DNA from: an uncultured virus (IMG/VR IMGVR_UViG_3300046168_000066)
Lineage: Duplodnaviria; Heunggongvirae; Uroviricota; Caudoviricetes
Direction: 5' to 3' (one strand)
DNA: 20,000 nt
Virus record (IMG/VR): IMGVR_UViG_3300046168_000066
Made by a program: the position numbers and the translations under genes. This document shows positions 17,201 through 20,000 of the stretch, piece by piece. Within the stretch, counting starts at the first letter, position 1, and each line of letters begins with the position of its first letter. Below the pieces are notes generated by a model that made no database searches, was not told the origin of the DNA, and worked only from the letters and a program-made list of their open reading frames with translations.

Positions 17201-19657
17201 AGCAAGAAACAATGATACTGCAAGCAATGCAGATGGTGGTTGGAATAAAGGAATAGTAGGTCTTGATCCAAATAAAGGATATATGTCAGTTACTTATGTA
17301 AGACGTGTGGGAAGTATTACAAGTGGTTCTTTTTATCACGGATGTGGTCAAGGAAAAATTACAAAAAACTTGAATGGAACTGTAAATGGTAATCCTTATT
17401 TTAATGCTTTTGGTATAAGTTTATTGCCTAAAGATGTATGGTGTGTTTCAATCGGATATATCCGTGCCGCTAATGATAATAGTACGGCAAAAGGAAATGG
17501 TGGAGTATATCGTTTAGATACTGGTGAAAAACTTGAAACCAACCGAGATATCGACTATAAAATGGTCGGCACAACACAAACTCACAGAACTTATTTGTAT
17601 TATTCAACAAATAGGGTGCTGCTTCTTTGGATTGGGCATTACCTGGATTTTATGAAGTTGCAAGTGATTCACCAACATTGTCAGATTTACTTGGTAAAGT
17701 AGGTGATTCGGCACAATCCACCAACTATGCAGTAACATCAAGTTCATATAGTCCTGCAACGATGGGTGATGCGAACTTTATGTCTACACTGCAATCACAA
17801 GGACAACTAATTTATATAGAAGATTTGATCGCAGATCCAAGTATAATTACCAAAATCGGAGCAGCTGAGTTAAATAATGTAGGAATGGTTGTGCGTGATC
17901 CTGCCAAGTTAAGTAAACTGAACGGAACTACACGTACACTTTACTATGATCAATCAAGTCCGTTTCTTAAACGTAATTATTATTTACAATTAGGAACAAG
18001 TGGACTTACACACACATACAATGGAAGTCATCCATTTAAATCACATAATTTATACATAAAATCTTGGACTAGTTCATACAAGTATCTTGTAGCAACCTCC
18101 GGAATGGCCGGAGTGGCCGGAGCAGCCGGAGCAACTGGCCCAAGAGGTCCAGCAGGTCCTGCCGGACCAATGCCTAATATTAGTGACATTCAAGGTCAGC
18201 AATTTGGTGTTCTTAAAACAAATAAGTTGGATATGAATGGAACTGTTGAACTTGATAAATCAAGTGGGGATTCTCATTCGATAACGTTCAATAAGGGTGC
18301 TAATGTTAGATCAAATTCAAGTGGTCAAATGCATTATCGTTCAACAAATGGTACACACGTATTTACGACCACCGGAAATGGTCCTGCAACGATTTCTGCT
18401 CATACCATCAATGCCGCTAAAGTTACTTTAAGTGCAGTTGATTTCAATGGAACAACGACTACATTCAAAGGAACATCAAACTGGGGAAGTACTACTATTG
18501 ACGGAATGGGTGTAAAGGCTTGGAAAGGAAATGGAATGTATGTGCATCGTGCTGATAACAAGATGTATGCTCAGTGGACAATGGATGGTCTTGGATCGAC
18601 ACGATTTGATGTTCACGCACATACAGGTGCTGGAGCAACAAAAGATTGGAAAAAGTATATTTTTGATAATCGTTTGATGATAGATACGAATCAAGTTCAT
18701 GGTAGTTTGCACTCAACAATTCGCACACATCGTGAAAACACCGACAAACAACCAAATTCTTTGCATATTCTTGCAAATCACGGTGACTTGCTTCTTGAAG
18801 CAAATAACATTCGTGCGGGAGTAAATCAGCAAGCAACTGTCGGAGGTCACGGTAGTATTATATTCAGAGCACACGGAGTTCCTGTAGTCGGTCACGTTGT
18901 AGACTCAACAAATAGTAATTCTGTTGCGTACAAAAAGCAACGAGGTGATTACATTTACGGAGCAACAACTGGTGCGAACGCATATAATCGTTATCGTCAA
19001 AAACACTTCCACGGAAATTCACGTTCTTCCGTAGGAATGAAACTTATTGGTGGTGCATTGATTCCAACATATGGAACTGTTGACTTGGGAGCACCGATTA
19101 ATGCACACCGTTTTGATACATTATGGTGTCGTAATGCTCCTGATGTTTATTCTGATAGACGTGCGAAGAAAAACATCGTTGAATCCGATCTTGGTCTTGA
19201 TTTCATTAATAAACTTAAACCTGTAAGTTACAAATACAAAGACAATAAAATCTTGGTGGAAAAACCATTAGAAACTGATGGTTCTGCTGACAAGGAAGAT
19301 CGCGAAGAAATGAAAGTTGATACGGTCAATGAAACACACGGAAGAACTCACTACGGAATGATTGCTCAAGACGTAGAAAAAGTTCTTGACGGAAAAGACT
19401 TCGGTGGATTTGTTAATCCTAATTATTCTCTTGAAGATGGAACGGAGGGTAAAGGAGAACTTCATATGAGTCTTCGTTACGAAGAGTTCATTTCACCTAT
19501 GATCAAATCAATTCAAGAAGTTGATAAAAAAGTCAACACTATCAAAATGAATGGAAATGATTCAGAAATGAATGAAATTAGAAAAACTCAAAAGGATATT
19601 CTAAAGGCAATTGTACGTCTTACAAACAGAATTGATAATATTGAAAAGAAAAAGTAA
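14248..19657 (+). CDS. Long tail fibre / receptor-binding protein, ~1800 aa, with collagen-like repeats, LamG domain and C-terminal peptidase S74 chaperone; three frameshifts in this sequence
   Basis: GGAG SD and N-terminal KKISEL. Five Gly-X-Y tracts, VGIG repeats, and a LamG-like FTISMWV...WTHL...DDIRIFDKPLS. Ends with YSDRRAKKNI...LKPVSYKYK...GMIAQDV...LRYEEFI. The four ORFs join at about 14600, 15261 and 17615. Confidence 0.88.
15987..16013 (+). repeat. (AAAGGTGAT)x3 tandem repeat encoding KGD collagen triplets
   Basis: Read directly; two further copies lie at about 17004-17021. Confidence 0.85.
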
Positions 19658-19671
19658 TTAATTAAAACCTT

Positions 19672-19705
19672 AAAAGACGGGGAGATTTACTCCCCGTCTT
19701 TTTTT
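19672..19705 (+). terminator. Rho-independent terminator, potentially bidirectional
   Basis: aaaagacggggag-attta-ctccccgtctttt is a perfect 13-bp inverted repeat ending in a T7 run, 14 nt after the tail fibre stop. Confidence 0.93.
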
Positions 19706-19726
19706 AAAGCTTAAATGGAGATGGCG

Positions 19727-20000
19727 ATGGAACACGAAACAAAATTACCACATTATGAAAAAAACGAAGAACTTGGTTCTTTGAGTCAAAGAATTGATTG
19801 GGGTCTTAAACAACTTAATGTACCTGCAACTTGGTCAATTACAAAAGGAGAAGGAATAACTGCAATGGTAATTGATACAGGTCATCCTGTGCATCCAGAT
19901 ATTGGTGATAATGCTATTGAAGGAAAAAACTGTATTTCGGGTGAACCACTTGAAGATGAAAATGGACATCATACACATTGTACTGGTATCATTTGTGCAA
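19727..20000 (+). CDS. Subtilisin-like serine protease (S8), 3' truncated by window edge
   Basis: MEHETKLP...IDWGLKQLNVPATWSITKGEGITAMVIDTG...DENGHHTHCTGIICA contains the catalytic Asp (IDTG) and His motifs. GGAG at 19717-19720; alternative in-frame ATGs at 19715 and 19721. Confidence 0.9.
   Translation, partial: MEHETKLPHYEKNEELGSLSQRIDWGLKQLNVPATWSITKGEGITAMVIDTGHPVHPDIGDNAIEGKNCISGEPLEDENGHHTHCTGIICA

Noticed and set aside
18101..18170. GC-rich gccgga repeats as a regulatory or mobile element
   Set aside because: Explained by the Gly-X-Ala collagen-like codons of the tail fibre.
2695..19465. Remaining short minus-strand and nested ORFs in the track
   Set aside because: All lie within longer, mostly motif-supported + strand genes and show no recognisable motifs.
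1..20000. Eukaryotic giant virus or cellular polysaccharide locus origin
   Set aside because: SD sites, stop/start overlaps, a sigma70 promoter, an intrinsic terminator and phage-type kinase, nuclease and fibre genes favour a bacteriophage. No wzx/wzy genes are present. Not formally excluded.
1..20000. Stop-codon reassignment, CRISPR array, tRNA or rRNA genes
   Set aside because: Genes tile densely under the standard code and end in TAA, TGA and TAG. Breaks are frame changes rather than in-frame stops. No spaced repeats or cloverleaf-sized structured gaps were seen.

Overview
AT-rich, gene-dense window with every credible gene on the + strand. It is most consistent with a large dsDNA bacteriophage, probably aquatic (inference). 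Support: a T4-gp1-like dNMP kinase, a T5-D14-like nuclease, a collagen-containing tail fibre ending in an S74 chaperone, Shine-Dalgarno sites, a sigma70-type promoter and an intrinsic terminator. Layout: (i) 1-6457 and 9950-12395 hold about nine glycosyltransferase-like genes and two sulfotransferases; (ii) 6924-9939 is a nucleotide/cofactor block of dNMP kinase, LOG-family phosphoribohydrolase, MetK (one frameshift) and a QueF homologue that has lost its catalytic cysteine; (iii) 12434-14223 holds a nuclease, two tiny membrane proteins missing from the ORF track, a LMW-PTP-like protein without its catalytic Cys, and a hypothetical; (iv) 14248-19657 is one ~1800-aa tail fibre gene broken by three frameshifts; then a terminator and the 5' part of a subtilisin-like protease. 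A TATTTAT motif recurs just upstream of start codons. The best candidates for new biology are the Cys-less QueF/MetK/LOG/kinase module and the phage-encoded sulfated/fucosylated glycan machinery. All family calls come from recognising motifs by eye; no searches were run.
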